Shown here: positions 52,003 to 62,140 of the stretch, piece by piece
How positions within the stretch are numbered: the first letter of the stretch is position 1
Layout: every line of letters begins with the position of its first letter
Source of the DNA: a bacterium
Lineage (GTDB): Bacteria > UBA10199 > 2-02-FULL-44-16 > JAAZCA01
Assembly (NCBI GenBank): GCA_963674695.2
Contig: CAXXGI010000001.1
Location: forward strand, 96,001 to 160,000
DNA: 64,000 nucleotides
Reading direction: 5' to 3'
The notes under the pieces: model-generated
The model's database searches: none
Seen by the model: the letters and a program-made list of their open reading frames with translations, nothing else
What the model was told of the DNA's origin: nothing
Translations under genes and position numbers: made by a program

Positions 52003-53340
52003 TCACGCCCCCAGCGTCAACCCCTCGACGAGAAGGCTGGGCGATCCGTAGACCCCCATGAAACGCGTATCATCGGCCACCGCCCTGATGCGACTGAAGA
52101 GGTCGTGAATATTTCCCGCGATGGTCATGCCGCGCATCGGCGCCCCGCGCTGGCCCCCCTCGATGAGTGCCCCCTCCACGCCGAAAGAAAAATCGCCGGT
52201 GATCACGTTGGCGGTGTGCGCCCCGAGTAATTCGGTCACCCAGACGCCCCGCTCGACATCGGCGATGAGGGCATCGACCCCCTTCGGGCCGGGGGCGAGG
52301 AAACAGTTACCGACATCGATCACGGGCAGGGCCGAAAGCGTCTCGCGCACACAGTTGCCGGTGGAAGCAACCCCGTCGCGTGCGGCGCGCGCACCATCGT
52401 AGAGCCAATGTTCGACGGTGCCGTCCGCAATCATCGTCGTGCGACGCTTGGGAATCCCTTCCGCATCGAAGGGAAACGTGCCGAAACCGTCGGGCAGAAG
52501 GCCATCGTCGATCAGCGTGACCGCAGGGCTATAGACGCGTTCGCCGAGACGACCGGCGATCACCGATTTCCCGCGTTGAACGTTCGTGGCAAAAAAGGAA
52601 GGAGCGATGAGTCGCACGAGCGTGGCCGCCGCACGCGCGTCGAAGAGGACGGGCAGGTTTCCGCCATCGAAAGACTGCGCCCCGAGCTTTTCGACGGCAC
52701 GCTGTGCCGCCCGCTTCCCGATCGCATCCATATCGAGCGCTTCGAACCGCGTTGAGAAGTCAAAGTCATAGGCGCTCTCAGAGAGATCGTCCTGAGAGAC
52801 CACCACGCGCAGATCGCCGGAGACCATGCCGCGTTCCGCCTGAGCCTCGGCACCGTGGGAGTTGCTCACCACCATACGCCGCACGAACTCCTCATAGCGC
52901 GGCCGACGCACGCACCGCACACGAGGGTCAGCCGAAACGGCCGCGGCCTCGAGCGCGACCGCCAGCCCCATCTTCTCTTCATCGGAAATGGAATCATAGG
53001 AACGCCCGGGCGCTTCCTCGATCGCGCCGCACGAAGACTGCACCGGCGGAATGATGGCCTCCTCGGAAACGGCCACCTCCTGCATCGCCAGCGCCGCCTG
53101 TTCCACCGCGCGCCCCACCGATGCCATCGAGATGTCGGTCGTCGCCGCCCACCCCATGCGACCCTTGCGCACCAAGCGAATGGCGATACCGCGCATCTCG
53201 TTTCGGCGAAAACTGTCGACGGCCGACTGCTTCGCTTCGATCACGAGGCTACGTTCATTGAGCCCCAACACTTCATAGGCATCGACGCGCTGTTTTTTGC
53301 ATTTCTTCACCGCATTTTCGACGGCGTTTGCCAGTTCCAT
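52003..53340 (-). CDS. pmbA: TldE/PmbA family protein
   Basis: FPFDAEG, STGN, TGDFSFG and TIAGN. No HExxH motif. Confidence 0.85.
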   Translation of the reverse strand: MELANAVENAVKKCKKQRVDAYEVLGLNERSLVIEAKQSAVDSFRRNEMRGIAIRLVRKGRMGWAATTDISMASVGRAVEQAALAMQEVAVSEEAIIPPVQSSCGAIEEAPGRSYDSISDEEKMGLAVALEAAAVSADPRVRCVRRPRYEEFVRRMVVSNSHGAEAQAERGMVSGDLRVVVSQDDLSESAYDFDFSTRFEALDMDAIGKRAAQRAVEKLGAQSFDGGNLPVLFDARAAATLVRLIAPSFFATNVQRGKSVIAGRLGERVYSPAVTLIDDGLLPDGFGTFPFDAEGIPKRRTTMIADGTVEHWLYDGARAARDGVASTGNCVRETLSALPVIDVGNCFLAPGPKGVDALIADVERGVWVTELLGAHTANVITGDFSFGVEGALIEGGQRGAPMRGMTIAGNIHDLFSRIRAVADDTRFMGVYGSPSLLVEGLTLGA

Positions 53341-53375
53341 GATCGATATCCTCTTTAGCGTATAGCGTTCAGCGT

Positions 53376-55052
53376 TTAGGTTTTCGTGTTTTCGAGCATC
53401 TCTTTCGCATGCGTCCGCGTGGTCTCGGTCACGCGTTTACCGCCGAGCATGCGCGCGACCTCTTCGATGCGCGCATCCGGCTCCAACAGATCGAGCGTGG
53501 TGAGCGTGCGACCACCGGCCACGCGCTTGGCGATAAGAAAATGCCGCCCACCGTACACGGCCACCTGCGGCAGATGCGTAATGCACAGGACCTGGCGATC
53601 GGCGGCCACCCGCGCGAGCTTGTGTCCCACGACGTCGGCGACCGCCCCCCCGATGCCGGCATCGACTTCATCGAAGACGGAGGTCGAGGTCATCCCCGTG
53701 CGATCGGCGAGCACGCTCTTGATCGCGAGCATCACGCGCGACAGTTCGCCGCCCGAGGCGATGCGGGCGAGCGCCTTCTCCGGTTCGCCCACGTTCGGCG
53801 CCATCAGAAACTCGATCCGGTCTGGCCCAGACTCATCCCACGCCGTCTCCGGACGCTCCTCGATGCCCACGGTAAAGCGCGTCTTGGCCATACCGAGATC
53901 GGCCAGTTCCTGAGCGATATTTTTTCCCATCTCCTTGGCCGCCGTGCGACGGCTGCGACGCCAACGCTGAACGATGCCACGCCGCGCCTCGGCGGCGAGC
54001 TCTAGCGCTTCGTTCTTCTCCTCGAGGCGCTCGTCGAAGTGCTCGATGGTGTCGATCTCAGCGGCGATCGCATCGCGACGCGCAAGCGCCGCTTCGATCG
54101 AGCCGCCGTGTTTGCGCGCAAGCGTTCGAATGAGGTGGAGCCGCTCCTCGAGTTCTTCGAGCTGTGCAGGATCGGCCTCGCAGGAATCCGCATAGTGCGA
54201 CAGCCCACGCGCGGCCTCCTCGACATCGGCTCGCGCACGATCGAGCGCCTCACGCCAGGCGTCCACGCTTGCATCGAACGGAACACACTCCGAAAGGAGC
54301 TGGGCCGCGCCATCGATGGCCTCCAACGCGGACCCCGCATCGCCATAGAGCTTATCCCAGGCGGCGCGCATCTTCTCCTCGAGCACCCCCGCATGCTTGA
54401 GCCGATTGCGCTGCGCCTCAATCTCAACATCCTCGCTGGGTTTCAGATCGGCGGCGTCGAGCTCCTGAAACTGATAGGTGAGGAAGTCGAGGCGCTCCCG
54501 TGCGGAACGCTTGCCCTCGATGAGCCCGTCGCGTTCACGCGCAATCGTCATCCATCGCGCATGCGCCTCGCGCCAAGAGGCCGCCTGCGCCTCAAGCCCG
54601 CCGAAGCAATCGACGAGCGCGGCGTGCTGCGCGGGATCGAGCAGGAACTGGTGCTCATGCTGGCTGGCCACATCGACGAGCTGCCCCGCGACCGCACGCA
54701 ACGTCCCCGCCGTCACCGGCACGCCGGAAATCGTCACGCGCCCCTTGCCCTGCACGCTCACCAGGCGGTGCACGATGAGCTCCTCCTCCACGGAGATACC
54801 GGCCTCGTCGAGAGCGGAACGCGCGCCGGGATTGAGATGAGCGCTGTCGAAGACCGCCGTCACACTCGCCTGCCCGGCACCCGCACGGATCAGATCGGTC
54901 TGCGCGCGCGCCCCGAGGACGAGCTTGAGGGCCTCGACGATGATCGTCTTTCCCGCGCCGGTCTCGCCGGTCATGACACTCAGACCCGGGCCGAACTCGA
55001 CCGTCAGCTCATCGATGATGGCGAAGTCTTTGATGTGAAGGGAGAGGAGCAT
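53376..55052 (-). CDS. recN: DNA repair protein RecN
   Basis: TGETGAGKT, IASGGELSR, FDEVDAGIGG, ITHLPQVA and EVARMLGG. Confidence 0.96.
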   Translation of the reverse strand: MLLSLHIKDFAIIDELTVEFGPGLSVMTGETGAGKTIIVEALKLVLGARAQTDLIRAGAGQASVTAVFDSAHLNPGARSALDEAGISVEEELIVHRLVSVQGKGRVTISGVPVTAGTLRAVAGQLVDVASQHEHQFLLDPAQHAALVDCFGGLEAQAASWREAHARWMTIARERDGLIEGKRSARERLDFLTYQFQELDAADLKPSEDVEIEAQRNRLKHAGVLEEKMRAAWDKLYGDAGSALEAIDGAAQLLSECVPFDASVDAWREALDRARADVEEAARGLSHYADSCEADPAQLEELEERLHLIRTLARKHGGSIEAALARRDAIAAEIDTIEHFDERLEEKNEALELAAEARRGIVQRWRRSRRTAAKEMGKNIAQELADLGMAKTRFTVGIEERPETAWDESGPDRIEFLMAPNVGEPEKALARIASGGELSRVMLAIKSVLADRTGMTSTSVFDEVDAGIGGAVADVVGHKLARVAADRQVLCITHLPQVAVYGGRHFLIAKRVAGGRTLTTLDLLEPDARIEEVARMLGGKRVTETTRTHAKEMLENTKT

Positions 55053-55176
55053 TTCGTTTTCGACGCCTACCACGACCTTTCCCGGCCTGTCCAGCGTTTC
55101 GCCTCAGAAGGATCTATGAGACGAACGCTGTTTTTGGGGCTTGCCGTGAGTCCGCGGGACGTCTATTTTGGAGGGC

Positions 55177-56796
55177 ATGCGCACTCCTCTTCGAGCCCTC
55201 CTGCTCTTCCTGGCCACGCTGGCATTGGTCTTTTTGACCTATCGCCTCTTTTTCCGCTATGGATTCACGCACGAGTTCGGCATCTACGCCGACATCGGGC
55301 GCTCGTTGGCCAGCGGCGAAGGGTTTTCCACGCTCGCACTCCACCCGTCGAACCTGGCCTGGTTCGATGCCGCCGGTCTCGAATCGGCGCGGCTCATGCC
55401 CGCGGCCGATCGCTTTCCGCTCTGGGGGCTCTTCATCTCCGGCGTGATGCGCGTCATCGGTGCCACCGATCTAGCGATGGTCTTGGCCTGCGGCATCTCG
55501 CTGGCGCTGTTCGTCGTCGCCACCTATCTTCTCGGCAGAAAACTCTTCGATGAGACGACGGCACTGGTCGGAGCATTGCTCATCATGCTCTGCCCCACCT
55601 TTCTGAAATTTTTTGTCCTCTGGGGATATGCCGCCTTCCTCTTTGGGATCGCCACGCTCGCGCTGCTCTGGATGCTCACCGTCCTGCCCGAATCGAAACC
55701 GCGCCGGCAGATGCTCCTGGCCCTACTCATCGGCGCCACACTCGGGCTGGGATATCTCATCCGCCCGAACATGATCCTCTGGCTCCCGATCGCCCTCATC
55801 GCCGAAGCGTATGTCCTGCGCGGATGGCGTGCCGTGGGGGCGATGGCACTGACGCTCGGGGCGGGACTTCTGGTGACCGCGCCGTATCTGATCTGGATGG
55901 AGGGAACCTTCGGCACGCTCGTGCCGATGGCCTTCTCGCACAACCTGGGCTCACTCGGCAGTGGCGCGGCGCGCCCGTTTCTCGATTATGCCGCGCACGA
56001 CACGCTGGCCACCGTGACGACCCAGCCGCTGGCCCTGCTGACCAAAGCGGCGCGCAACCTCCTGGCGTACCTGACGGATCTGCCGCTGTTGTGGCAGATG
56101 ACGCTCGTCTTTCCGTTCTTCGTCGTCGCGATCTTCCAACGAAACGCAGCGCGCCCACGACGCCTGTTGACGATAGCCCTCATCTTCCTGGCGACCTGCA
56201 TCGCGGCATTTGCCTTTGTGCGCTATGAACGCTTCGGCCCCTTCGCCAAGGGACGCTATTTCGTCTGGTTCGCCCCCGTTCTCGTCCTCTTCGGCGTCGA
56301 AGGCTTCCGTCGACTCGCTGCACGTTTTCTCCCGGCACAGGCAAAAACGGCGCTGCGCATCTTTGTACTCGCAACGATGGCGCTCTATGCGCTCGTCTTC
56401 AGCTTCGTCTACAACAACATCGCCGATGAAACCGGGGGACGCGCCCTCATCGAAACGCCCGCCTTTGTCGCGTTGGCAAAAATTCCGGAGGAAAATGCAC
56501 GGATCGCCACGAACATCCCCGCGCAGGTGGCCTGGTATCTCGACCGCCCGAGTGTGAGCCTCCCCAATACGCCGGAGGAACTCGTCGCCCTGCAATCGCG
56601 CCACCCGATCAGCGCCCTCTTCATCAGCACGCTCGTAGCCGGCGAGATGCACCACCACGAGGCGTGGACACGCATGCTCACCGATCCGAATCAACTCGAC
56701 GCGTTTCTGCACGCCACCGGCCTTAGCACCGTGGTCACCTTCCCGAAGGGAATTTTGCTCCTGCCACAATCCGCCCCTCAACATCCGAATTCGTAA
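55177..56796 (+). CDS. GT-C (ArnT/PMT-like) membrane glycosyltransferase
   Basis: More than 10 TM segments, YADIGRSLASGEG, YLLGRKLF, LIRPN and RYF patterns. Confidence 0.7.
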   Translation: MRTPLRALLLFLATLALVFLTYRLFFRYGFTHEFGIYADIGRSLASGEGFSTLALHPSNLAWFDAAGLESARLMPAADRFPLWGLFISGVMRVIGATDLAMVLACGISLALFVVATYLLGRKLFDETTALVGALLIMLCPTFLKFFVLWGYAAFLFGIATLALLWMLTVLPESKPRRQMLLALLIGATLGLGYLIRPNMILWLPIALIAEAYVLRGWRAVGAMALTLGAGLLVTAPYLIWMEGTFGTLVPMAFSHNLGSLGSGAARPFLDYAAHDTLATVTTQPLALLTKAARNLLAYLTDLPLLWQMTLVFPFFVVAIFQRNAARPRRLLTIALIFLATCIAAFAFVRYERFGPFAKGRYFVWFAPVLVLFGVEGFRRLAARFLPAQAKTALRIFVLATMALYALVFSFVYNNIADETGGRALIETPAFVALAKIPEENARIATNIPAQVAWYLDRPSVSLPNTPEELVALQSRHPISALFISTLVAGEMHHHEAWTRMLTDPNQLDAFLHATGLSTVVTFPKGILLLPQSAPQHPNS

Positions 56797-56822
56797 CATG
56801 GGGATCTCCAATCATTCTGATG

Positions 56823-56902
56823 TGCCGCCGCGAGGGGAAATCGGGTGTGTCTGGAACAAGCTTCATCTGTGAAGATGCACCCGATTTCCCCGGGAGGCGG
56901 CA
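56823..56902 (+). other. Conserved long hairpin motif, copy B
   Basis: TGCCGCC-GCGA-GGGGAAATCGGGTGTGTCT...AGATGCACCCGATTTCCCC-GGGA-GGCGGCA. Confidence 0.65.
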
Positions 56903-56975
56903 AACAAACCCCAGCCTTTCGAGATACCCATGTTTCTCCTTGCGGTGTGAACGGGGGGCGTGTTTACCTGCTCCC

Positions 56976-58319
56976 ATGAGCACCCTCTTCTCGCAGACCG
57001 GACGACAGCCGCTGGCCGAGCGCATGCGCCCACGCATGGTCGCAGAGGTCGCGGGGCAACAACATCTCATCGGCCCGGGGAAACCGCTCACCGCACTGAT
57101 CGAGGCCGACACCGTTCCCTCGCTCATCTTCTGGGGACCGCCGGGAACGGGAAAGACGACGCTCGCGCGCATCATCGCGGGGCAGACCAAGGCCAAATTC
57201 CATCATCTCTCTGCGGTCCTGTCCGGCGTCGCCGAGCTGCGCGAGATCATCAAGGCCGCGCGCGCCGAGCGCGATTTTCAGGGACGCCCCAACATCCTCT
57301 TCATCGATGAGATCCACCGCTGGAACAAGGCGCAGCAGGATGCGCTGCTGCCGCACGTCGAGGATGGCACGATCACGCTGATCGGCTCGACCACCGAGAA
57401 CCCGAGCTTCGAGGTAATCGGTCCGCTGCTCTCGCGCACGAAGGTCTATGTCTTGGAACCCATCGATCCGGAGGAAATTCGCACGCTCGTCATGCGCGCG
57501 CTGGAGGATAACGAGCGCGGCCTCGGGCGGATGAAACTGAGCATCGACGATGATGCACTGGCATTCGTCTGCGATGGCGCCGATGGCGATGCGCGCCGCG
57601 CCTACAACACGATCGAGATTGCGGCCGATTTGGCGAGTCAGGCGAGTCAGGCGAGTCAGGCCAGTCAGGCCAGTCAGGCCAGTCAGGTAAAGCGGATAAC
57701 GTTATCGTTGGTTGAGGCGGCGGTTCAACGCAAAAGCCTCTTGTACGACAAGAAGGGCGAGGAGCATTACAACGTCATCTCCGCGTTCATCAAGAGCATG
57801 CGCGGTTCGGATCCGGATGCGGCCGTCTATTATCTGGCGCGGATGCTGGAGGCCGGCGAGGATCCGCTCTTCGTCGCGCGCCGCATGGTGATCTTCGCCT
57901 CAGAGGATGTCGGCAACGCCGACCCGCACGGAGTGCAGGTGGCGATCAGCTGCATGCAGTCCTACAATTTTGTCGGCATGCCCGAGGGCTGGATTCCGCT
58001 CGCACAGTGCGCAACCTATCTGGCCTCGGCCCCGAAGAGCAACGCGAGCTACATGTCCTACAAGCGCGCCAAGGCCGACATCAATGAACACGGCATCCTC
58101 CCCACGCCGAAACACCTGCGCAACGCGCCGACAAAGATGATGAAAGAGATGGGGTACGGCAAGGACTACAAATACGCCCACGACTTCGAGGGCCACATTG
58201 TGCCGAACGAACAATACCTGCCCGACGCGCTCAAAAACGCGCGCTACTACAAACCGACCGAGAATGGATATGAGAAGATTATTTCCGAGCGATTGAAGGG
58301 ATGGAGAAAGGTGAAGTAG
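56976..58319 (+). CDS. rarA: Replication-associated recombination protein A
   Basis: [49 protein letters not shown] and HLRNAPT. Confidence 0.96.
   Translation: MSTLFSQTGRQPLAERMRPRMVAEVAGQQHLIGPGKPLTALIEADTVPSLIFWGPPGTGKTTLARIIAGQTKAKFHHLSAVLSGVAELREIIKAARAERDFQGRPNILFIDEIHRWNKAQQDALLPHVEDGTITLIGSTTENPSFEVIGPLLSRTKVYVLEPIDPEEIRTLVMRALEDNERGLGRMKLSIDDDALAFVCDGADGDARRAYNTIEIAADLASQASQASQASQASQASQVKRITLSLVEAAVQRKSLLYDKKGEEHYNVISAFIKSMRGSDPDAAVYYLARMLEAGEDPLFVARRMVIFASEDVGNADPHGVQVAISCMQSYNFVGMPEGWIPLAQCATYLASAPKSNASYMSYKRAKADINEHGILPTPKHLRNAPTKMMKEMGYGKDYKYAHDFEGHIVPNEQYLPDALKNARYYKPTENGYEKIISERLKGWRKVK
57633..57686 (+). repeat. In-frame 9-bp VNTR (GC[G/C]AGTCAG)x6 encoding (ASQ)6
   Basis: Three GCGAGTCAG units then three GCCAGTCAG units inside rarA. 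Confidence 0.92.
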
Positions 58320-58441
58320 CGCCACCGGCTCTAAAGATCCCGCCTGTCAATTTCTTGACGAACATCCGTCAAATTCCCATGCTGATTTAGTGGGAAGTAG
58401 TAAAACTCATTTTATTTCAACGCATTACTACTGCACCGCAC

Positions 58442-58457
58442 TGGCACACACCTTGCT
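58442..58457 (+). promoter_or_regulatory. Putative sigma-54 promoter
   Basis: TGGCAC-ACACC-TTGCT, ~44 bp upstream of ATG 58502. Confidence 0.6.
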
Positions 58458-58501
58458 ACAATATAAGCTTGCCGGGGACAGTCGAGAGGAAGGCATTTCA
58501 A

Positions 58502-59809
58502 ATGAAACTCAAACACGTCGCGGTAATTTTTTACTGCCTCGCAGCCATTCCGCTCATCGCCGGATGCAGGGGGGGCGGACAGATCACGGGTGGTTTTTTC
58601 GATTCGACCGGCGCAAGCTCCGAAGGCGACGGCGACATCGGAATCATCATGGACGATCCCTCGTCCGACGAGCCGGGCAACCTGACACCGCCCGCCGATG
58701 AAGGCCAAGACATCGCCAACCGCGGTGATATCGCCCAGGGTGACGACGATGATGACAGCACCCCTCCCGCCGGAGACGATGATACCGGCGATCAGGGCGA
58801 TGACGATGACGACAATATTGGGGAACCCGTTCGTGCCATCAAATCGATCACACTCCTGAATAACAACAACATGCTCATGAATGAGATCACATTTTCCTAC
58901 GATGAGAACAGCCACACACTCAGCGAAGCCGAAGCAAAACCTTACCTCCCACACCCCTATGATAAATACGAATCGTATCGGATGAAATACCACTGGAACG
59001 AGCAAGGCATCGATGAAGTCGCCATCCTCCTCAAAAAACAGGGTACTCAGGATGAAATGAAGTTTCGTTTTCGGCTCAACCGAGACTCCGACGGAACGCT
59101 CGAATCGAGCAGGCTCGATTTCTTTCCCGACGACATCCAACCCCCCATTTGGATCCCGGTGGCAAGCACAACCTACACCTGGTCGACAGACCGGAGCGTT
59201 CGGAGCGACGTGACCGCCTTCTTTATGCAAGGATCCACGATCTTCGAGACCCCCGCCGACACCACCCGCATCACCGACACCGTCACGTTCGGCGATGGCG
59301 AGCAACCACAGCAAAGATGTCGGTGTCACTTCACGGACACCGGAAACCAGTGTCAGTGGACCTCGTATGCATACGACAGTGATGGCCGGCTGGATAAGTT
59401 CTCCACCTACCGCACAACGAAATGCACGGAGCAAGACCAACTGATTCGAAAACTGGACATCGTCGGCAACACCCAAGACGACCTGGTGGCATCGATCCTA
59501 CTGTCTACGTTTGATGAAACGCAACAGGACATTATCTCGTTCAAGGGAGACCTCGTACACGATACAGCGACGAGTAAAATGCTGATCCTTCAGCCACCGA
59601 ATCCCGACGCACTGCTCGACATCGACTACGCATTCGAATTGCTCCCTGAGCCGCCACGGATGCCACCGATCGATCTGCTGCCGGATATGCTCATCCATCA
59701 ATATCTGAACTCGGCGGTGGCCGTCACAGATCTCTGGCTATTCCAGTCGCTGGCAATCATGAACTACAGCGCCGTCTTCAGGGATGGCAGGGGCCTCGTT
59801 ATACAGTGA
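58502..59809 (+). CDS. Hypothetical lipoprotein with Asp/Gly-rich linker
   Basis: Lipobox LIAGC, acidic linker, and a beta-rich region with YD-like motifs (FSYDEN, YAYDSDGRL). Confidence 0.75.
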   Translation: MKLKHVAVIFYCLAAIPLIAGCRGGGQITGGFFDSTGASSEGDGDIGIIMDDPSSDEPGNLTPPADEGQDIANRGDIAQGDDDDDSTPPAGDDDTGDQGDDDDDNIGEPVRAIKSITLLNNNNMLMNEITFSYDENSHTLSEAEAKPYLPHPYDKYESYRMKYHWNEQGIDEVAILLKKQGTQDEMKFRFRLNRDSDGTLESSRLDFFPDDIQPPIWIPVASTTYTWSTDRSVRSDVTAFFMQGSTIFETPADTTRITDTVTFGDGEQPQQRCRCHFTDTGNQCQWTSYAYDSDGRLDKFSTYRTTKCTEQDQLIRKLDIVGNTQDDLVASILLSTFDETQQDIISFKGDLVHDTATSKMLILQPPNPDALLDIDYAFELLPEPPRMPPIDLLPDMLIHQYLNSAVAVTDLWLFQSLAIMNYSAVFRDGRGLVIQ

Positions 59810-59862
59810 AGACCGACCAGGCATGCGCCGCGCGTCTGAAAAGCTGGCGAAAGCCTTCATGA

Positions 59863-60822
59863 TCAGAGCGACCTTCCGCTGAGCACGGCCGAGACCGCAA
59901 CGCCCAACACCAACAACAATCCGAAGAGGAACATGAGTTTGGCCGTCTCTTCCGGCGCACCCGTCAGCGCGGAGGGCCCGACGACGCGTGCGGCGCGCGC
60001 CTGAAGGACGAGGGCGATCGCCAGCGGAATCGTGCCGAGCATGGCGAGCGACCCCCACGGCAGCGACCCACCGATGACGGCCATGACCGTCATCACATAG
60101 GCTGCGGACAGAATCAGAATAAAGAAATGCGCTCCCGCGCGAAGGCCAAGCCGCCCCTCGAATGTCGTCACGCCCGCCGCGCGATCGTCTTCGATATCGC
60201 GCAGATTGTTCATGATAAGGATGGCCGCGACAAAAAGCCCCAAGGGAATGGCCGCGACGATCGCCGTCCAGGAGAACGCTTCGGCCTGCACGAGATACGC
60301 ACCCAGCGTAATTCCAATGCCGAAAGTGAAGAATACCGTCACATCCCCCAACGCGCGATACTTGAGCGACAACGGCGGGAAGCCATACCCGAATGCGGCG
60401 AGCGCCCCCAGGATCATGAGTGCCGCGATCGGCCAGCCGACGGCGATGATCAGCGGCACGCCGCAGGCAAAGGCGATGGTGAGCGCGACGCCTGCCCCCA
60501 CGAGCGTTTCGCGCATCGTCATCTGACCCGTCACCAGCAGTCCGTTGCCGCCCTGCGTCCCGGGTCGATCGACGCCGCGGCGAACGTCTTCATAATCGTT
60601 GATGAGGTTTCCCCCCGTATGCGCGGCGATGACGCCGACGAGGACGAGGAGCGCGCGATCGAGGTGAAAGGGATAGCCTTGGGCCCACGCGAGCACGGTT
60701 CCCAAAAGGGCGGGCATGATGGAGGCGGGATAGGCGTAGGGGCGAACGGCACGAAACCATCGCAAAACCCGTGACGCGTGACTCGTGACACGTGACTCGT
60801 AAAGAGCACCATCATCAGTCAT
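59863..60822 (-). CDS. menA: UbiA-family prenyltransferase, MenA-like
   Basis: AVRP, NLINDYED...GVD, KYRALGD and NNLRDIEDDRAAG. Confidence 0.85.
   Translation of the reverse strand: MTDDGALYESRVTSHASRVLRWFRAVRPYAYPASIMPALLGTVLAWAQGYPFHLDRALLVLVGVIAAHTGGNLINDYEDVRRGVDRPGTQGGNGLLVTGQMTMRETLVGAGVALTIAFACGVPLIIAVGWPIAALMILGALAAFGYGFPPLSLKYRALGDVTVFFTFGIGITLGAYLVQAEAFSWTAIVAAIPLGLFVAAILIMNNLRDIEDDRAAGVTTFEGRLGLRAGAHFFILILSAAYVMTVMAVIGGSLPWGSLAMLGTIPLAIALVLQARAARVVGPSALTGAPEETAKLMFLFGLLLVLGVAVSAVLSGRSL
60770..60797. repeat. Heptamer array (CGTGAC[G/T/A])x4
   Basis: Lies in the 5' end of menA. Preceded by AAAACC, as at 40815. Confidence 0.8.
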
Positions 60823-60847
60823 AGCAAATCGCTCCCCATGGAATACA

Positions 60848-61678
60848 TCAAGAAAACGACAGATAGGCGATACTCGAAAGGCCGGCGGCCCAGCAGTAGT
60901 AGGCGAACCAGGAGAAGTGACCGCGGCGAATGATCGCGAGCAGCCACTTGATGCAGACGACCCCCACGATGGCGGCGACGACCGTACCGACGATGGTCGC
61001 GATGATGCTGGCCTGAGAGAGCGCGGCGAGATCATCGAGCTTGAGCACCGTCGCCCCGGCGATCACCGGAACCGCGAGCAAAAAGGAGAAGCGCGCGGCG
61101 AGCGTGCGATCGATGCCGAGATAGAGACCGGTTGAAATCGTCGTCCCGGAGCGCGAGATCCCGGGGATAATCGCCAAGGACTGCCCCAGCCCGATGGCGA
61201 GCGAATGCCACCAGCGCATGCGCGAGAGTCCTGCTCCATCACGTCGGACAAACCGCGTGCCGAAGAGGATCGTGCCGGTCACGAGCAGCATCACCGCCGC
61301 CGCGATCGGCGAGGAGACGAGCCGCTCGAAGAACTCCTCGAACCCCAGGCCGATGATCACGGCGGGAATCGTGCCGAGGATGATGAACAGCCCCAAACGC
61401 CGGGCCAGCTTCGGTTCGAGCGAAGCCCCGCCCCGCGCCGGTCGATTGATGAACCCGCGACAGATGTCGATGATATCCCGTCGAAAGACGATGAGCACGG
61501 CCACGAGCGTGCCGAAGTGGAGGCAGACATCGAAGGCCAAAAGTCCCGCCCCTTCGAGCTCGATGCCGAGGAGATATTGTGCGATGACGAGATGACCGGA
61601 GCTGGAGACCGGGAGGAACTCGGTCGCCCCCTGCAGGGCCCCGAGCAGAACGGCTTTGATCAGAGAGAGATCGTGCAT
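60848..61678 (-). CDS. uppP: Undecaprenyl-diphosphatase
   Basis: QGATEFLPVSSSGHL, PGISRSGTT and ARFSFLL. Confidence 0.96.
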   Translation of the reverse strand: MHDLSLIKAVLLGALQGATEFLPVSSSGHLVIAQYLLGIELEGAGLLAFDVCLHFGTLVAVLIVFRRDIIDICRGFINRPARGGASLEPKLARRLGLFIILGTIPAVIIGLGFEEFFERLVSSPIAAAVMLLVTGTILFGTRFVRRDGAGLSRMRWWHSLAIGLGQSLAIIPGISRSGTTISTGLYLGIDRTLAARFSFLLAVPVIAGATVLKLDDLAALSQASIIATIVGTVVAAIVGVVCIKWLLAIIRRGHFSWFAYYCWAAGLSSIAYLSFS

Positions 61679-61701
61679 AAAAAAATACGGAATGCATCCA
61701 G

Positions 61702-61775
61702 CGGGGCTGACGGGACTCGAACCCGCGACCTCCTGCGTGACAGGCAGGCGATCTAACCAATTGATCTACAGCCCC
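61702..61775 (-). tRNA. tRNA-Asp (GTC)
   Basis: Cloverleaf GGGGCTG...CCTGC-CTGTCAC-GCAGG...GGTTCGAGTCC...CAGCCCCG. CCA not encoded. Confidence 0.96.
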
Positions 61776-61866
61776 GCTGAGTGCATTCCGTCCTTCGGCG
61801 CGCCCTTTTATTGGATTGGCCAATAAAGTCAAAACATTTCAACGAGAGCCGCCGGGGAAAACCCTG

Positions 61867-61938
61867 TGGGCGTTGCAGGATTTGAACCTGCGACCCTCCG
61901 CGTGTAAGGCGGACGCTCTCCCGCTGAGCTAAACGCCC
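61867..61938 (-). tRNA. tRNA-Val (TAC)
   Basis: GGGCGTTTAGCTCAG...TCCGC-CTTACAC-GCGGA...GGTTCAAATCC...AACGCCCA. Confidence 0.96.
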
Positions 61939-62035
61939 GAATCGAGGCGCACCATGCCAACGCATGACGAGAAGATCAAGCGAAATCAAGGGGATGAAGG
62001 GAGTGCGCAAACCCTGCCGCAGAGCGCCCACAGAA

Positions 62036-62059
62036 AGGCCGGGGGCATGCCCCCGGCCT
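62036..62059. terminator. GC-rich perfect palindrome, possible terminator
   Basis: AGGCCGGGGGCATGCCCCCGGCCT downstream of 62141-63538. Only a short U-run follows. Confidence 0.45.
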
Positions 62060-62140
62060 GCTGATGGTAGGCCCTGTTATTGTCATCCTGGGACTTTATC
62101 AGCAATCTGATCCGGGGAGATGCCCGCAGATAACACCCTC

